Notes: generated by a model not told the origin, from the letters alone. A stretch of 63,683 nucleotides of DNA, filler included, from Olpidium bornovanus S191 (GCA_017911155.1; 28 parts of 28 records of this genome joined end to end with filler, not necessarily neighbours in it); one strand, 5' to 3'. Positions 24,870-37,902 are shown, counted from the first letter of the whole stretch. Numbers and translations are program-made.

Positions 24870-26422
24870 TGGCCCGACGCCAGGCCTAAGTCCTCCGCGC
24901 TGTACCATTGCTCGGAACACGAATTAACCGAGATGAAACACCAGCTAACCGAACTCCTGGAAGCCGGTCATATTCGCCACTCAACATTGGCTTGGGGCTT
25001 GCCGGTACTGTTTGTGAAAAAGCCCGGCACCGAGAAGCTCCGGATGTGTGTCGACTACAGACACCTGCACCAACACACCGTCAAGGATGCCCCCCCAATC
25101 CCTCGTATTGACGAACTCCGACAACGATTGCGGGGTGCCTGCTACTTCACGACACTCGACCTCACTACCAGATTCACCTGGAACCCGCCACAATACCGAC
25201 TACAGCGTTCAATACCCGTTATGAACACTTCGAATGGTTGGTCATGCCATTCGGCCTGACTAATGCTTCAGCAACCTTCTCACGCTGGGTAAACCAGGTC
25301 CTCGGATATCTTCTTGATTCGTGCGTCATAGCCTACTTGGACGACATTTTGGTCCACTTCGAGTCCGAAGAGGAACATCGCCGTCATGTAGAGGCAGTCC
25401 TTTCACGACTGGACGCGGCCCGAGCAGTGCTAAATTTGGACAACTCCCACTTTGCTCTCCCACGGGTGGACTTCCTCGGCCATGTCATCTCTGGTGAAGG
25501 CGTCTCCTTGAAACCGGACTATGTCAAGACCGTTGTCGACTGGCCGCAAACTCGAGACATATACGACCTGAATTCATTTTGTGGGCTCCTCAATTTCTTC
25601 AAATCCTGGATACCAGCTTACGCAGACATCTTAGCTCCCATAAATCGCCTGCGCTCCCCGGACGTCCCCTGGCACTGGACGCCGCGCAAGCAAATAGTCG
25701 TTTGGCGTTTACAACACGCTCTCATTATCGCTCCCGTCCTGGAGTTTTTCGATCCCGCTAAGTGTACCACTGTTTACTGGGATGCTTCTGCTTATGCTGT
25801 GGGCGGCTTGGATAGCACAATGTCACCCTAACACCCCTCCGTCCGCCGACCGGCCAGTACTTTACTACTCCCGGAAACTTCGCCCTGGAAGCCGAGACCT
25901 CGAGACTGGTGCCGAAAAGGATGGGGAACTCAACTACTCTACTCACGAGCGTGAACTCCTAGCGTTGGTGGAGATGCTCCGCGTTGGTCGGCCGTACCTG
26001 GAAGGCCGACCGTTCATTGCCAAGACAGACCACCACGCCCTCCGTTGGTTACAAACACAGCCCAACTTGCCTCGCCTTCAGGCCGGCTGGGTGGAGAAAT
26101 TACAGTCTTTCGACATGCGCATCCAGTACCTCCCTGGCAAGGAAAATACAGTGGCAGACCTCCTCTCGCAACGACCAGACTATATGCCCAACTGCCCGCG
26201 GTGCCACTCCAAACTCACGATCTCGTCACCATGTTGCGACACGACCACCATTTCCGCCATCACAGGCCACTGTCCTTGAACGGTTACTGACTTATCCCGA
26301 TTCACTCGGCCGGCATCGGACCCCTTCGCCACCACAATCCTCGCCCGACTACGCACTAATCAAGCTCATCGGGACTACGCTCTGGACACGGATGGCATAC
26401 TCCGCTTTCGTGGCCGCATATA
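24870..26422 (+). mobile_element. Degenerate Ty3/gypsy RT-RNase H
   Basis: Motifs PVLFVKKP..KLRMCVDYR, MPFGLTNA, AYLDDILV, VDFLGHVIS, WDASAYAVG, ERELLAL, TDHHAL and GKENTVADLLS, with several frameshifts. Confidence 0.95.
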
Positions 26423-26522
26423 NNNNNNNNNNNNNNNNNNNNNNNNNNNNNNNNNNNNNNNNNNNNTTAATTAATTAANNNNNNNNNNNNNNNNNNNNNN
26501 NNNNNNNNNNNNNNNNNNNNNN

Positions 26523-27057
26523 ACGACATCTTCAATCCGAGGTTCGACGCTTGCATTCCGAATCGTTACCGGGTTCAGGGGCTGGCAATCTTGTATGAAG
26601 CGTAGCGCCCCGCTCTTCTTCTTTACCGTAAACCAGCGACATGATTTTCCAAAGTGGGGGAAGGGTGGGGCCTGGTTATATACCCAGGGCTGGGAATTAA
26701 ACTCAGGTCCTCAGAGCGCAGCTGGGCAGAGGCTAAATAGAGAAACAAAGCTAAAATAGAGAGACAAAGCTAAAGTGACGCGAGAAAGGTAAAAGCGACG
26801 TCAAAAGAAAGTTTAAACCGAGGTCAAAAAAGTTTAAAGCAATCTCAAGAAAGTTCAAAGCGACGTCAAAAAAATGTAAAGCGACCTCAAAAAAAGTTAA
26901 AATGCAGGAAGGTTAATTGTGACAAAGGCTAAATTGTGACAAAGGTTAATTCGAAAAAAGGTTAAAAGGGAGGAAATTTCCCTGGGAAAAAAATGAAAGA
27001 AAAAGAAAGAAAGAAAGAGGAAGAAAAGCAAAGCCCCAGAGTGCAATGTAAGTGTCA
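26523..27057 (-). mobile_element. Putative 3' LTR (truncated by contig end)
   Basis: On the minus strand it starts TG directly after GGTATGGGGGG. It contains a 21-23-bp tandem array (26792-26900) and TATATAA (26676-26682). No second LTR is available to confirm it. Confidence 0.45.
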
Positions 27058-27240
27058 CCCCCCATACCGGCAGTCTGTGTTTCTCGCAGAACTTTTGCAC
27101 GAGTTCCAGTGATATGTCTTCGGGATTTTCCCAGGCAGTTTGCGTTGATCCTGCACGTTGTAGCTTGAACTTGAGCTGCTTTTCAGTCAAGTATTGGTAT
27201 GTGAGGATGCGATCCGCTATTGGCGGTTCTTCGCTGGTCG
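27058..27240 (-). mobile_element. Chromodomain-like coding segment downstream of the copia integrase
   Basis: EEPPIADRILTYQYLTEKQLKFKLQRAGSTQTAWENPEDISLELVQKFCEKHRLP resembles the retrotransposon chromodomain pattern (RIL...G...WE..E.I..ELV..F). It lies in the +1 frame relative to the integrase. Confidence 0.55.
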
Positions 27241-28790
27241 GTAGGTCCGCTGTACGGTTGTGACCCTTCGTACGGTTGCGACCCCTCAACTATTACATAC
27301 CGTTCAATGACTTGGTCATTTGCCGGGTTCCAGAGGTGATATCCCTCGCTGGTAGGGGAATAGCCGACCATGATAAGCTTCTCCCCTGTGGGCGCCAGCT
27401 TGCCGATTTTCGTATTGCGGTCCTTTTTGAGAATGTGCGCATATGCCGTGCTGCTGATGATTCGGAGGTGATCCAGGCGTATCGGCATGTCGGGTTCGCG
27501 TCGTTTGAACGCGCAGAGCGGGATTTTGCCGTTGAGGCTTCTATGAGATGAGCAGTTGTAGAGGTAGATCATGCTGCCCCACACCTCATCTCAAAGCTTT
27601 GCCGGGAGTTTGCTTGCTATCATGACCGCGCGGGCACGATCTTCCAGGGTTCGATTGATCCTTTCGGCCACTCCGTTCTGTTGAGGGGTATCGCGGATGA
27701 TTGTCTCGATGCGAATCCCACGGTCTCGGAGCATCTTGACATATTTGTTTCCCATGAATTCCCCACCTCGATCCGAGCGGTGGGTTCTTTTTGTCCATCC
27801 GTGCTTCCCGGCAAATGGGAGAAATTCCAGGAGAGCGCTTGTTGTTCCTGAGACTGCCTTTGTTGGAAGGAAGTAGCCTCTAGCCAGGCGTTTAGGCCTT
27901 ACGTAGGTGAGTGCGTACCTGTTCCCGGGTATGGATGGTAAGTAGGGCCCGGTCAAATCGACGTGTATGGTATGGTCATCTTCTTCGTTTGCATTTGACG
28001 GCGGGTGAGGCCGCCTTGTCTGTTTCCCAAGCTGACAGGGTTCGCACAGCTTCGTTGGCAGGTTGAAGTGTGCCGCTTTGATTTTTTCATGTGACTGTTG
28101 TTGAAGTAATCGTAAATTGGTTTCTTCTAGGTGTCCTAGTCTGGCATGCCATTTTTTGTACTCGCCGCGTTCTTCATGGGCGGCCATGGCGCCGTCGTCG
28201 TTGTCGTTGGTCGCCGGCGAGGCGTCCAGGTAGAACAGTCGATCACGATCGTTGCGTATTGCCGTGGCAACTATTGTCCCATTATGCGTGACGTAGGCCC
28301 TCCCGTCCGCTTTGAACAGTACGTCTAGCCCGTTGTACGTTGCCACGGGGATGGAGAACAACGGCATCCGGAACGTCGGTGTGTGCATGGCATCCTGGAG
28401 TAGGAGGGAATTTGCATTGGTGGTCCTGACTTCGACGGTTCCTTCGGCGGTCACAGACTTGTTATTTTTGGATGCCGTCCAGACTTTTTTGTCAGAGGGC
28501 TTTGTGTCCCAGAACCATTTGATGTTTGGGATCAAGTGCCTTGTAGCCCCGCTGTCCATGGTGAAGGCGGTGCTTTTGATGGCTGATCCAGCATGAGTGA
28601 CCATGGGCGCTTCTTTGCCTGATGCGCAGGCTACTTGGAGTCGCTCTTCGTCCCTGGCCGACTTCCTGTCATTGTTGGCATTTGAATCGTCTGCCTTGGC
28701 AATTGGTTAGTTGCCTTTGTGTTCCTTCCCCCCTTTGCTTCCGTCCTTGCGCACCGCTGTCGGGTAATAACTCGACTTGACGTGAGTTCG
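27183..28790 (-). mobile_element. Ty1/copia gag end, protease and integrase (near intact, two in-frame stops)
   Basis: Protease DSGATRH; zinc finger HARLGH...CEPC; catalytic core HVD, SDRGGEF and QQNGVAERINRTL; C-terminal KLAPTGEKLIMVGYS...GYHLWNP. Stops at 28707-28709 and 27591-27593 (the latter at a conserved Trp). Confidence 0.95.
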
Positions 28791-29629
28791 CAGGTTGCTA
28801 TTGAGGATAGCCCGAGGCTCTATCGCTGCCGGGCGGCAAGGGACTTCTCCGCTGTCGAGCACGCGCGCCCTCTGTAGGCCTTCGACGGAGCCTTCGAACA
28901 AACGGGTGCCCAGCCGAGGTTCTTGAACCCGAGGAGCGCGCAAACCCTCCACCGTAGAGGGTCACGGTCGCACGGTGTCCGGACCAAATGTTTGCTACCC
29001 GCTCGAAGAGTCCTTCGTTTTGTTTATTATTTGGTGTGGGTGTGTCCGGTGGGTCCGGGGTTTTTACAACGAGAAGGGGGGGGGGGGAAGGCTCCGTTTG
29101 AGCGCCCCGGCCGCCAGGGCAAGAAATTTCCCGACCCCCCGCCCCCTCGCGACATTCCCCGCGTAGTCGAGGGACATGTTGCGATCTACAAGAATGAATG
29201 AGCAAAGAGGAAAGAGCAAAGAAGAAAAAGAAACTAAAGGGAAGGAAAAAGGGAGAAAAAAAAAAGAACAACATCCAAGATGCAAACGCGGCCATAGCTA
29301 ATTACGTGCTAGCACATGGTGGGAACCGCAATCCCCGGTTTTGTCTCCGGCAGAGTCGCCCGGGACCTCCTGCAGCATGCGCTCGTCGCAGACGGTGCGG
29401 ACTTTTGCGCCTGCTGTCGACGCCCANNNNNNNNNNNNNNNNNNNNNNNNNNNNNNNNNNNNNNNNNNNNTTAATTAATTAANNNNNNNNNNNNNNNNNN
29501 NNNNNNNNNNNNNNNNNNNNNNNNNNGGGAGGGGGAAACAAAAGGGCTCCGTGCGAGCGCCCCGGCTCCCAGGGCAAGAAATTGCCCGACACCGTCGTTC
29601 TCCATACCTCATCCCATAGTTTGGATGGC

Positions 29630-31112
29630 AGGTGCGCCACGATCATGTCCAGCTGCACGTCGATCACGTCCCTGAAAAACTTGAAATCGTGCAGTTCTGC
29701 GCACAGCTGCTGGTGGCGCGCCCAGCTGAACAGGAAGTGGGTCGGGTCGCCGCTCTGCTGGTACCGGAGGAAGTCGTCCAGCCTTGTAATTTCCCCGAGC
29801 TCCCGGATCAGCTCGCACTCGTCGCCCGACAAAACGTCCAGCTTGGTCAGGCAAAAAACGATAAAAAAACACGTTTTTTTTTACAGCGCCCGGGGTTCGC
29901 GCGCGATGCGAGGGGTCACTTGAAGATTTGGGCGTTGCGTTGCGCGACCGGGTGGTGAGGCGGAGGGTAGGGGGGGGGGGGAGGAAATGTTCGCTCACTT
30001 TGCGTTTCGTGATGATCCTCAGCTCGGTCAGCGCTTTCCGGTAAATCTCCTCGATCTGAGCCTCCACCTGCGCCGCGTGCTTTTCGACCGACCTCGCCCG
30101 CGAGCTGATCGAAGCCATCTGGCTGTGTATGGCCGAGAGGCGGGTCTGCAGGATCAGGTCCGGCTGTGATGTGTGGAGAAAAAGAAAAGGAGCAAAACGA
30201 AAGGGGACGGGGTGTGAGTCGCGTGCGTGCGGGCGGGCGGGCGGGCCGGTGGGTGGGTGGGAAGAAGAAGGTTGGAAGATTTGAAAAACGGGCAAACGAA
30301 TCCATATAAACACTTTCCATCTGAGATTCCGCGACGACGCTCTGGTACGCCTCGCTCACGCTGACCAGCTTGTGTTTTGCCGCGTCGCCGTTCGAGTGGT
30401 GGCCCACCATCTTGCAATAGACGCACACGGGGATATGGCACTGCGAGCAAAAGAACTCGATCTGCTTGTCCGGGTGGGTGCGACAGAACCCGAAGACGTC
30501 CGTGCCCTGTGGCGATTACACCCAAAACCCAAGTGCGGGTCAGTTGCGCAGGACAGGCGCGCAAGCCAGTTTTGCCAAAATTTCATTATCAATGTTTTGC
30601 CGGTTTGCCATCCACCCCACCCCCCCCCCTCACTTCTTCCCCCTCTCCGAGGCTGCGGGCTCGGAAGGGAAAAGGAAGGCGGGGGGGGGGGGAATAATGC
30701 GTACGTTTCCAATCGGCGTCCGTATGTGCCGGCTGGTGAGCTTGTTGGCGGAATGCAGGGAAACGTCGCATTCTCTGCACAACCTCGCGTGGTCGGCCGA
30801 GCAGTACACGGAAGCTTCGGCCAGCTCGCAGTTGTCGCAGCAGGCTTTCTGTGTGGGGCCGGCCCCGGTTTGTGTACGTAAAAAAACCCGTTTCAGCAAG
30901 GGGATTTTTTTTTCTTCCGCCGCTGATCGCAAAGCGGGGGAGGCGCCGAAGAATAAGAAGAAAGAAAAAAAAGAAAGAGAGCGAAAGAAAGAAAGAGAGA
31001 GAGAGAGGAAGGAGGGCGAAATCAGGCGCAAAGGCGGCACCGGCATGACCTCCCGAGATTTCCGTTCGCGGACCGGATCGTAATCGTAAACCACGACGTA
31101 CTGCGGGAGGAC
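29630..31112 (-). CDS. Double B-box zinc-finger / coiled-coil protein, partial
   Basis: First B-box CDNCELAEASVYCSADHARLCRECDVSLHSANKLTSRH; second B-box CRTHPDKQIEFFCSQCHIPVCVYCKMVGHH; then a coiled coil. Five spliced exons are in frame. Confidence 0.85.
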
Positions 31113-31424
31113 CTGTTCGAGATTGAAAAAAAAAAAACGATCCGCGGCCGGGGCGGATGTCGGGGCCTGTTAACAGAGCAGCCGACCGCCGTGTCGCGTT
31201 TCCGTGCTCCGCGGCGCTGTGTCCTGACTGTCCCCCTCCCTTTCTTCCCCGCCTCCCCNNNNNNNNNNNNNNNNNNNNNNNNNNNNNNNNNNNNNNNNNN
31301 NNTTAATTAATTAANNNNNNNNNNNNNNNNNNNNNNNNNNNNNNNNNNNNNNNNNNNNAAAAAAAAAAAAAAAAAGCGCCGAGAAGGGGGAAAAAGAAGA
31401 AGACCAGAGTGCGAGAGAGAGAGA

Positions 31425-31457
<33 letters not shown>

Positions 31458-32253
31458 GACGGCGACGGCGACGACGGTGACGACGAAGAGAAAGAAGAAA
31501 GAAGAAAGGAAAGAAAAGGAAGAGGCGCACGCGAGAGGGATGGAAGGGAAGAGGGGAGCAGAGGGAAAGAAAAGGGGAGGTCACGTGTTGCGTGCGCCGG
31601 TGCGTCGCAGCCTAACAACAACACAGCAAAAAACGGACCCCCCAGGCGCCCCCCCCAACGAACTGCCCTGAATTCGCTTTCTTTTTGGATTCGTTTGATC
31701 GCTGTTCTGCTCGCGGGAGGCCGGAGGCGGACTGCGCCCGGTCCCTCCGAATCCCCCCCCCCCCCCCAGGGAGCAGCGTTTTGGTGATCACGTGACTCGC
31801 GGAGCGCATCGTGCACGGGTTCGCAACAAGAATCAAAAGGAAAACAAAAAAAAATGTGTTACCGTGGTCGCCGGTTGGCCAGTCCTGCCCGAGCGTTTTT
31901 TTTTTTTTTTGTTTTTTTTTTTTTGGTTCTGCGGGAGGAAGCGGGAGGAGAAGGCGGAACAGCAATGGCAGAAAACAACAAAAAAAAAAAAACCAAAAAA
32001 AAAGATGGGATGCGCGCTTTCCGTTTCCCGGAATGCATTTTGTTTTTGCCAATCGCGCGCGGTGGTGCGGGTGGCAGGTGGTGGGGTGCCTGCCTGCGGC
32101 GGGTCACGTGACAAGAAATGGGACGCACCTTCGCACGCGGCGCCTGTCTTCCCCCCCGCTCCGGCGCGTCCGTCGCAACCAAAAACGGGGGAACTCCGCC
32201 CGCCCGCCCGCCCGCCCGCCCCCACACGCGCACGCACACGCACACTCACGCTC

Positions 32254-34610
32254 ATGGGCATCTCGGGCCTGCTGCCGTTCCTCAAGCGCGCCCAGCGCCC
32301 CTTCCACATCAGGGAGCTGGCCGGCTGCGTCGTCGCCGTCGACGCCTACGTCTGGCTGCACAAGGCCGTCTCGGCGTGCAGCTGGGAGCTCGCCATGAAC
32401 CAGCCTACCAGAAGGTGTGCGTGCGTGCGTGCGTGTGAGCGAGAGGGAGAGAGGGGGAGGGAGAGCGAGAGAGACAGAGCCTCCCGGGCGTCTAATTTCT
32501 CACGCGCCCTGACCGCCCGTTTTGCCCACCCTCTCCTCTCCTCCTCACAAGCTACGTGGACTACTGCCTGAACAACGTCCGCATGCTGCTGCACCACGGC
32601 GTCACTCCGCTGCTCGTCTTCGACGGCGCGCCCCTGCCCGCGAAACGCGCGACGGAGGCAGTGCGGGAGCTGTGCGTGGAACGCGCGAGCGCGTGGTTGT
32701 CGGCTTGCGGGCCCTGGCGCCGGAGCGACTTTTTTTTTTTTTTTTCTTTTTCGCCCGCGCTGACCGACCTGGCGGGGGACCCTCCTCCCCCTCACCCGAC
32801 TTTCCGCGCGGTCTGCGAAGGGCGAGGAAAGAGAACCGGGAAGCGGGCGAGGCGTGCGTGCGGAACGGCGACTCCCTCGCGGTCGCGGCCGACTTATTCC
32901 GCAGGTCGATCGACGTGACTCCGGCGCTGGCGTCGCACGTCATCAGGGTGGGAAAGCTCGGCCGGCGTCTTCTTCGGCGTTCCGGCCTTTCCGCGTTCGT
33001 AGACCCCTCGCGCGCGGATGTTTTCCTTCGGCGGCCGGCGTTTTTATTTTAGTTTCGCGCGGCGACTGACGAGAATTGTTATTGTTTTTTTTTTTTTTTT
33101 TTGGTCGCCCCGCACGCTCAGGAATTAAAGCTTTGGAACGTCGACTACATCGTCGCGCCGTATGAAGCGGACGCCCAGCTCGCGTACCTCGCCAAGCAGG
33201 GTCATGTGGCCGCAGTGATAACCGAGGATTCCGATCTTCTGGTGTTTGGTTGCGACAGGGTCGGTGTGAGATAAGCGGCGCGCGCGAGAAGGATCGCGTG
33301 GGCGACGGTTGGCGTCAATCCCCCCCCCCGCCCCCGCGCGTTTGACTGCGAATCGTCAATGACGGTGGACAGCCGCGAAAAAAAACCTCGATAGGTGATC
33401 TTCAAGCTTGACTGCCATGGCCACGGCGTCGAGATCTCGCAGGAGGGCATCGCCTCGGTGCTCAAAGGTTTCCGCTTGGAGGGCTTCCGGCAGATGTGCA
33501 TCTTGTCAGGCTGCGACTACCTGTCGTCCGTGCGCAACGTGGGCCTGGCCACGGCCCGGAAATACGTGAAAGAGAGCAGCAACGTCGAACAGATCATTCG
33601 GCGCATGCGGGACGAGGGCAAGGCGGTGCGGAAAGAGTACCGTCTCTTGTTCGCGCAGGCGGAGCTCACCTTCCAGTACCAGCACGTGTACGACCCGCAG
33701 TCGAAGAAGGTCGTCTCGCTGAACCCTCTGCCCGACGACTGCAATTTGACGGCTTGGGAGACGTTTTTGGGGGAGTACGTGCAAAGCCGTCGGCTTTCGC
33801 TGTTTAGAGATCTGCGGCCGCCGTTTTTTTTTTCTCGTCGTGTGGTTTGTTTTACTTTCGCAGGCCTTCTCCCCCTGTTCTTCCTCCCGTTCTATTGCTT
33901 TCGCGTCGCCTGATCGCCTGACTAAGCACCGGCAGTCGGTCCAAACAGACGTCCCGATGACCACATCGCGGAAGGGATCGCGACAGGACGGTTAGATCCA
34001 ATAACGAAATTGCCTTTCGAACTGGCATTGGTGAGTGTCCCTCTTTTTTTCGCGGACATTTTGCCCCGACGTTCTTCACCCTCGCCGCTGATCATGTTTG
34101 TATCGCGACCGGGCGTCTGCAGGCCGAAACAGGCCTGGCGGTTTTCGAGAAGGTAAAACAGACCTCTGTTCAGACGAACACGATCGACAACTACTTCAAA
34201 GTTGCCGCGCCTTCTCTGGCAATCCCCAAGGAGGTGAACAATCCGCTGGCATCTTCTGTTGTGGAAGACACGGCAGCGTCGGCTGCATGTATCGTGGAGC
34301 GGCAAGAGGTTATAGGTGAGGTAAAATTGGTCATTCGAAAAGCGCCCCGCCTTGTTTTGACGAACGTGCGATACGGGCCTGGGCGACTGCAGAAGATACC
34401 CCGTCGAGTGGCAAAGCACCTGCGTTGCTCGTACTTCCGAGGCAAGATCCTGTGCCGCCGATGTGCGTAACAGCTAGCCGGCAGGCCGAAACGGCCGCGG
34501 CTACGCACGCCGAACCGTGCCGGCCGGCCCTCGGCGATACGGCGACGCCGACGGCCGAACGAAAAGGCGGCGCTACGGAGTTGCCGACGACTCTGTTCCG
34601 GCACGTCATG
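32254..34610 (+). CDS. EXO1: Exonuclease 1 (XPG/Rad2 family), 3' end uncertain
   Basis: Motifs [69 protein letters not shown] and FQYQHVYDP. Confidence 0.95.
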
Positions 34611-34710
34611 NNNNNNNNNNNNNNNNNNNNNNNNNNNNNNNNNNNNNNNNNNNNTTAATTAATTAANNNNNNNNNNNNNNNNNNNNNNNNNNNNNNNNNN
34701 NNNNNNNNNN

Positions 34711-36081
34711 CATGTCTCGGAGAATGGTACACGTCGAAAACCGAAGAGAGGTGCAGGGGCGGCCAATGCCAATTGAAGGGTCGAAATGCCAACGGGGCGC
34801 CATCTTCATCCACAGCTCTACGATCCGCGCGTCAAAGTCTTTGTTCGCGTTGACTCCATCCGAGACGGGCGAGATCGATACGGATACCTTCGCGCCCGCG
34901 TTGTCAATGTCCGCGAACGCCCTCTGGAAGCGCTCAAACAGCTGCGGCGAGCACATCCGGAAGAGCGCCTCCTCGTCGCGTTCCATCAGCGCCGACAGGA
35001 GTTGTCTGAGCACATTAGGTACTGGAATGCGTGATTGTGGATTAGTGACCACAACGAACAGCCCGCGGACGACCGAACCGAGGCGGGAGAAAACAGATCG
35101 ATGCAAGCGCGAATTCCAACCTGCAGGAAGGAAGTCGTTTTGAAGGTAGCCGTCCTGGTTGGCCGCTATACGCTTGAAGGAGAGCAAAATCGTCTTTTGC
35201 GCCATCCACCAGCTGATTGGAGCCGTTAACCAATTGGGTAGTATTTGAAAGGGTTCCACGCCGTTCCGCTCGTAAATCGGCAACGTCTTCCTTATCGCTT
35301 TGTAGTCCAGTCGCGGTTCGTCAAAAAGCCATGCTACGGGCGGTTCATCGGCGGTGGAATGTGAGCAAAGGGCGATTCTGCTGAGCCTGGATCACTAGGT
35401 AATCCGTGCCAGCAGCGTGCAAGCGTTATGGGTCGCCGAGAAAAACCCTCCCTCAAACCCCAGAACGCGTTCCACCGCAGTCGGGTTTCCCATACGCTGC
35501 GCTTTCGTCGCACGGAAGACATCCCAGACGCCTGAATCTCTTTTTCACGCTCTCTTTCTCTTCCTCTCTTTCTCGCTCGTCTTTTTCTCTATTTCTCTCT
35601 CTCTCTTTCTCCCCCTTCCTTTCCCCCCCCTCCCCCGCCCCGCCGCGTTCATAGTGGGTGATCGTCCTCGGTGCACTACGGGTGACGTACGTATATCCAA
35701 GTTCGGAGTCTTTTGCATCTTCCGCGACTGCAAGGATTCGTCCTCCAGCCCAGGCGGTATGTCCGGGTCCCGCGCGTCCGTGGCGCCGGGGACGGCCGGG
35801 TCCGCCGCCCGCGCCGCCGCGCCGGTCGCGAAAAGCCGCGCGCCGGGCCGGCAACCGACCTCCGCCGGGGCGGCGGCTCCGCCGGAAACCGCCCAGGACA
35901 GAGACGACGGAGACGCCGCCAGGCGGCGGGCAGCGCAGGCGAGCGCGCGCGGGCGCGCTCCTCGCGCGGGGGGGCGTAAGTCGGCGGCGCGCGGCGCGGA
36001 CGCGCCGGTCACGCCGGCTCCGCTCCGCGCGAGGGCCGCCGCCGCCGCCGCCAGGCCCCGCCGGCTCGCGAGGCGCTGCAT
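34711..36081 (-). CDS. Putative mitochondrial protein, Tim44-like/MAIP1-like domain, 3' truncated
   Basis: An Arg/Ala-rich presequence (MQRLASRRGLAAAA...RLFAT) is followed by exons with YLQNDFLPAG and DEEALFRMCSPQLFERFQRAFADI. The family assignment is tentative. Confidence 0.45.
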
Positions 36082-36787
36082 GGTGGTGCGCGAAGGGCGG
36101 TGGCGCAGTCGTCGGGGGGTTTTCGAGGGGGCAACAAAAAAAAAAAAACCAAAAAAAAAGAAAATAAAAGTTTGTTTGCGGAGAAGGGGAGAGAAAAGTT
36201 GCCCTTTCTCGAGGCCAAAAACTCGCTTCCGCCGCCCTTCCTCCCCCGTAACCCCCTTCCCCGTCCACTTCCCTTCCCGCCCCGCGCGAGTGAATGAGGA
36301 GGGAACAGAGAGAGAGAGAGAAAGAGAAGACGGTATTTCCAGGCGACGACGTCAAGAATGCCACAAAACCAAACATGCGCATTCGAGCAGTGCGGGGGCC
36401 GGAGGATCCCTTATTCCAAATTCGGCTAGCTAAACGGGTCCGGGAGGGGGGCGGGGCTGCCCGAGACCTCCGTCCGCAAACTCCTCTCGCACGTTCCTCC
36501 TCTTCTCTAGGTTCAAGTAAATAAAGAATAAATCTACGGGATGGATTAACGCTCTACATGCGGGCAATTAATGCGGACAAACTGTGTTTGCGACGCGCTG
36601 CTCCTTGTCTTTCGAAAGCCGCCACACGCCCCTCTCCGCGGGTGCCCGCGCTCCACACGCATCTAGGCATCATTTTCGATGTCCCGGTATTGCGCGATGC
36701 CGCTTCTCCCCGTCGGATCACGAGCGGGTCGGCCCCGAATAGTTACAATACTCGCAAAATGCCGTTATCCCGCTGGCGCGGTAAGTA

Positions 36788-37902
36788 TTACCGGCCGCGC
36801 GTCAGTAGTTTCTGCCAAAAAAAAGAAAGTGATGGATGACGGCGAAACAGATTTTTTTTCTCAGTACAGGATTCCAGGGTAGGAAACCTGCGCGTCCACC
36901 ACCCGACCTGCTCCGCCACTTCCCCCCCCTCCCCCCCGCGCTCGCACAGCGCGCCCACTTACTAAGATCGCGTTTGCAAAAGGCACGTAGTGTTCGGCCA
37001 CGGCCACGACGCCGGCTTGGCTGTTGTTCAGAATTAAGGGCAAGCTGGCCCGAGCTAATTCGTCCGCTTTGGTCTCTTTCTCAATGTGAAGCTCCTGAAC
37101 CTCGGCGCCCATCATCCGGAGCTGCCAAACGCTGTTTTCGTACTTGGTGCGGTCCTTCTTCCTCCTCTCCCTGAAGCTTTTGGCTTCCAGAAGCCGCATC
37201 TCCTTTACGACCGACGCCATCTTCTTGTCGTTTCCCTGGATCGTCGACTTCGCAATGGTGCTGCATGCGTTGTAGTCTTTTTTGAGAGGTGCTGCGAAGC
37301 TGCGTTGCAGCGTGCTGGCGAGGTTGTGGTTCGCTTCGGAGAGGGTGCGGGCGAAATCAATCATCACGGCCAGGTTGCCTTCGTCGTCAAACTGCAAGTC
37401 TGAGATAAAAAAAAAAGAAAAATAAAACAAAATCAAATAAATTAGCAAACCGCGGTGTGGGTGTGAGCGTACGTAGACCCAAAAGCGGAGCTCCCCGTGC
37501 TTTCTCTCGAGGCCTTGATCTTTTTTTCGAGATCAAAAACTTCAAAAACATATATATATTACCTCCGCCCGTCCTCTTGACGTTCGACAGCGTCCCGTAC
37601 GTGTAGGCGAAATTGTCGGCCGCGTTCGCCAGGTTCTCGAGCGCTCCGGCGAGCTCCTCGGCAGATCTCGTGATGTCGGTGTAGAGCTGGAAATTCATCG
37701 TGCCCTCCTTCTCGACCGCCGGGACGAAACGGGGTTTTGAAGCGCCGTCGAGCGGGGCGGCGCCGCGGTTCGGTTCCTCAGATGCAGACAACGCATCCGA
37801 CCGATCTCCCGCCAACGAGGGCGGAGACGCCGGCTGCTGGGCCTCGACGGGCGAGCCTATCGGCGAACCCGCGGGCTTCTTAGACCGCAGCGGCCAGAGC
37901 AT
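36788..37902 (-). CDS. I-BAR/IMD-domain protein, Ivy1-like
   Basis: Helical pattern TRSAEELAGALENLANAADNFA ... LASTLQRSFAAPL ... KEMRLLEAKSFRERRKKDRTKYENSV resembles fungal Ivy1. The 3' end is approximate. Confidence 0.55.

Noticed and set aside
25860-25940. About 12 extra residues in a gypsy RNase H (SRKLRPGSRDLETGAEKDGELNYSTHE)
   Set aside because: A single degenerate copy. It cannot be distinguished from a post-insertion mutation without family consensus.
26792-26960. Regular 21-23-bp repeats as a CRISPR array
   Set aside because: The units are directly adjacent with no unique spacers, in a eukaryotic LTR-like context with no cas genes.
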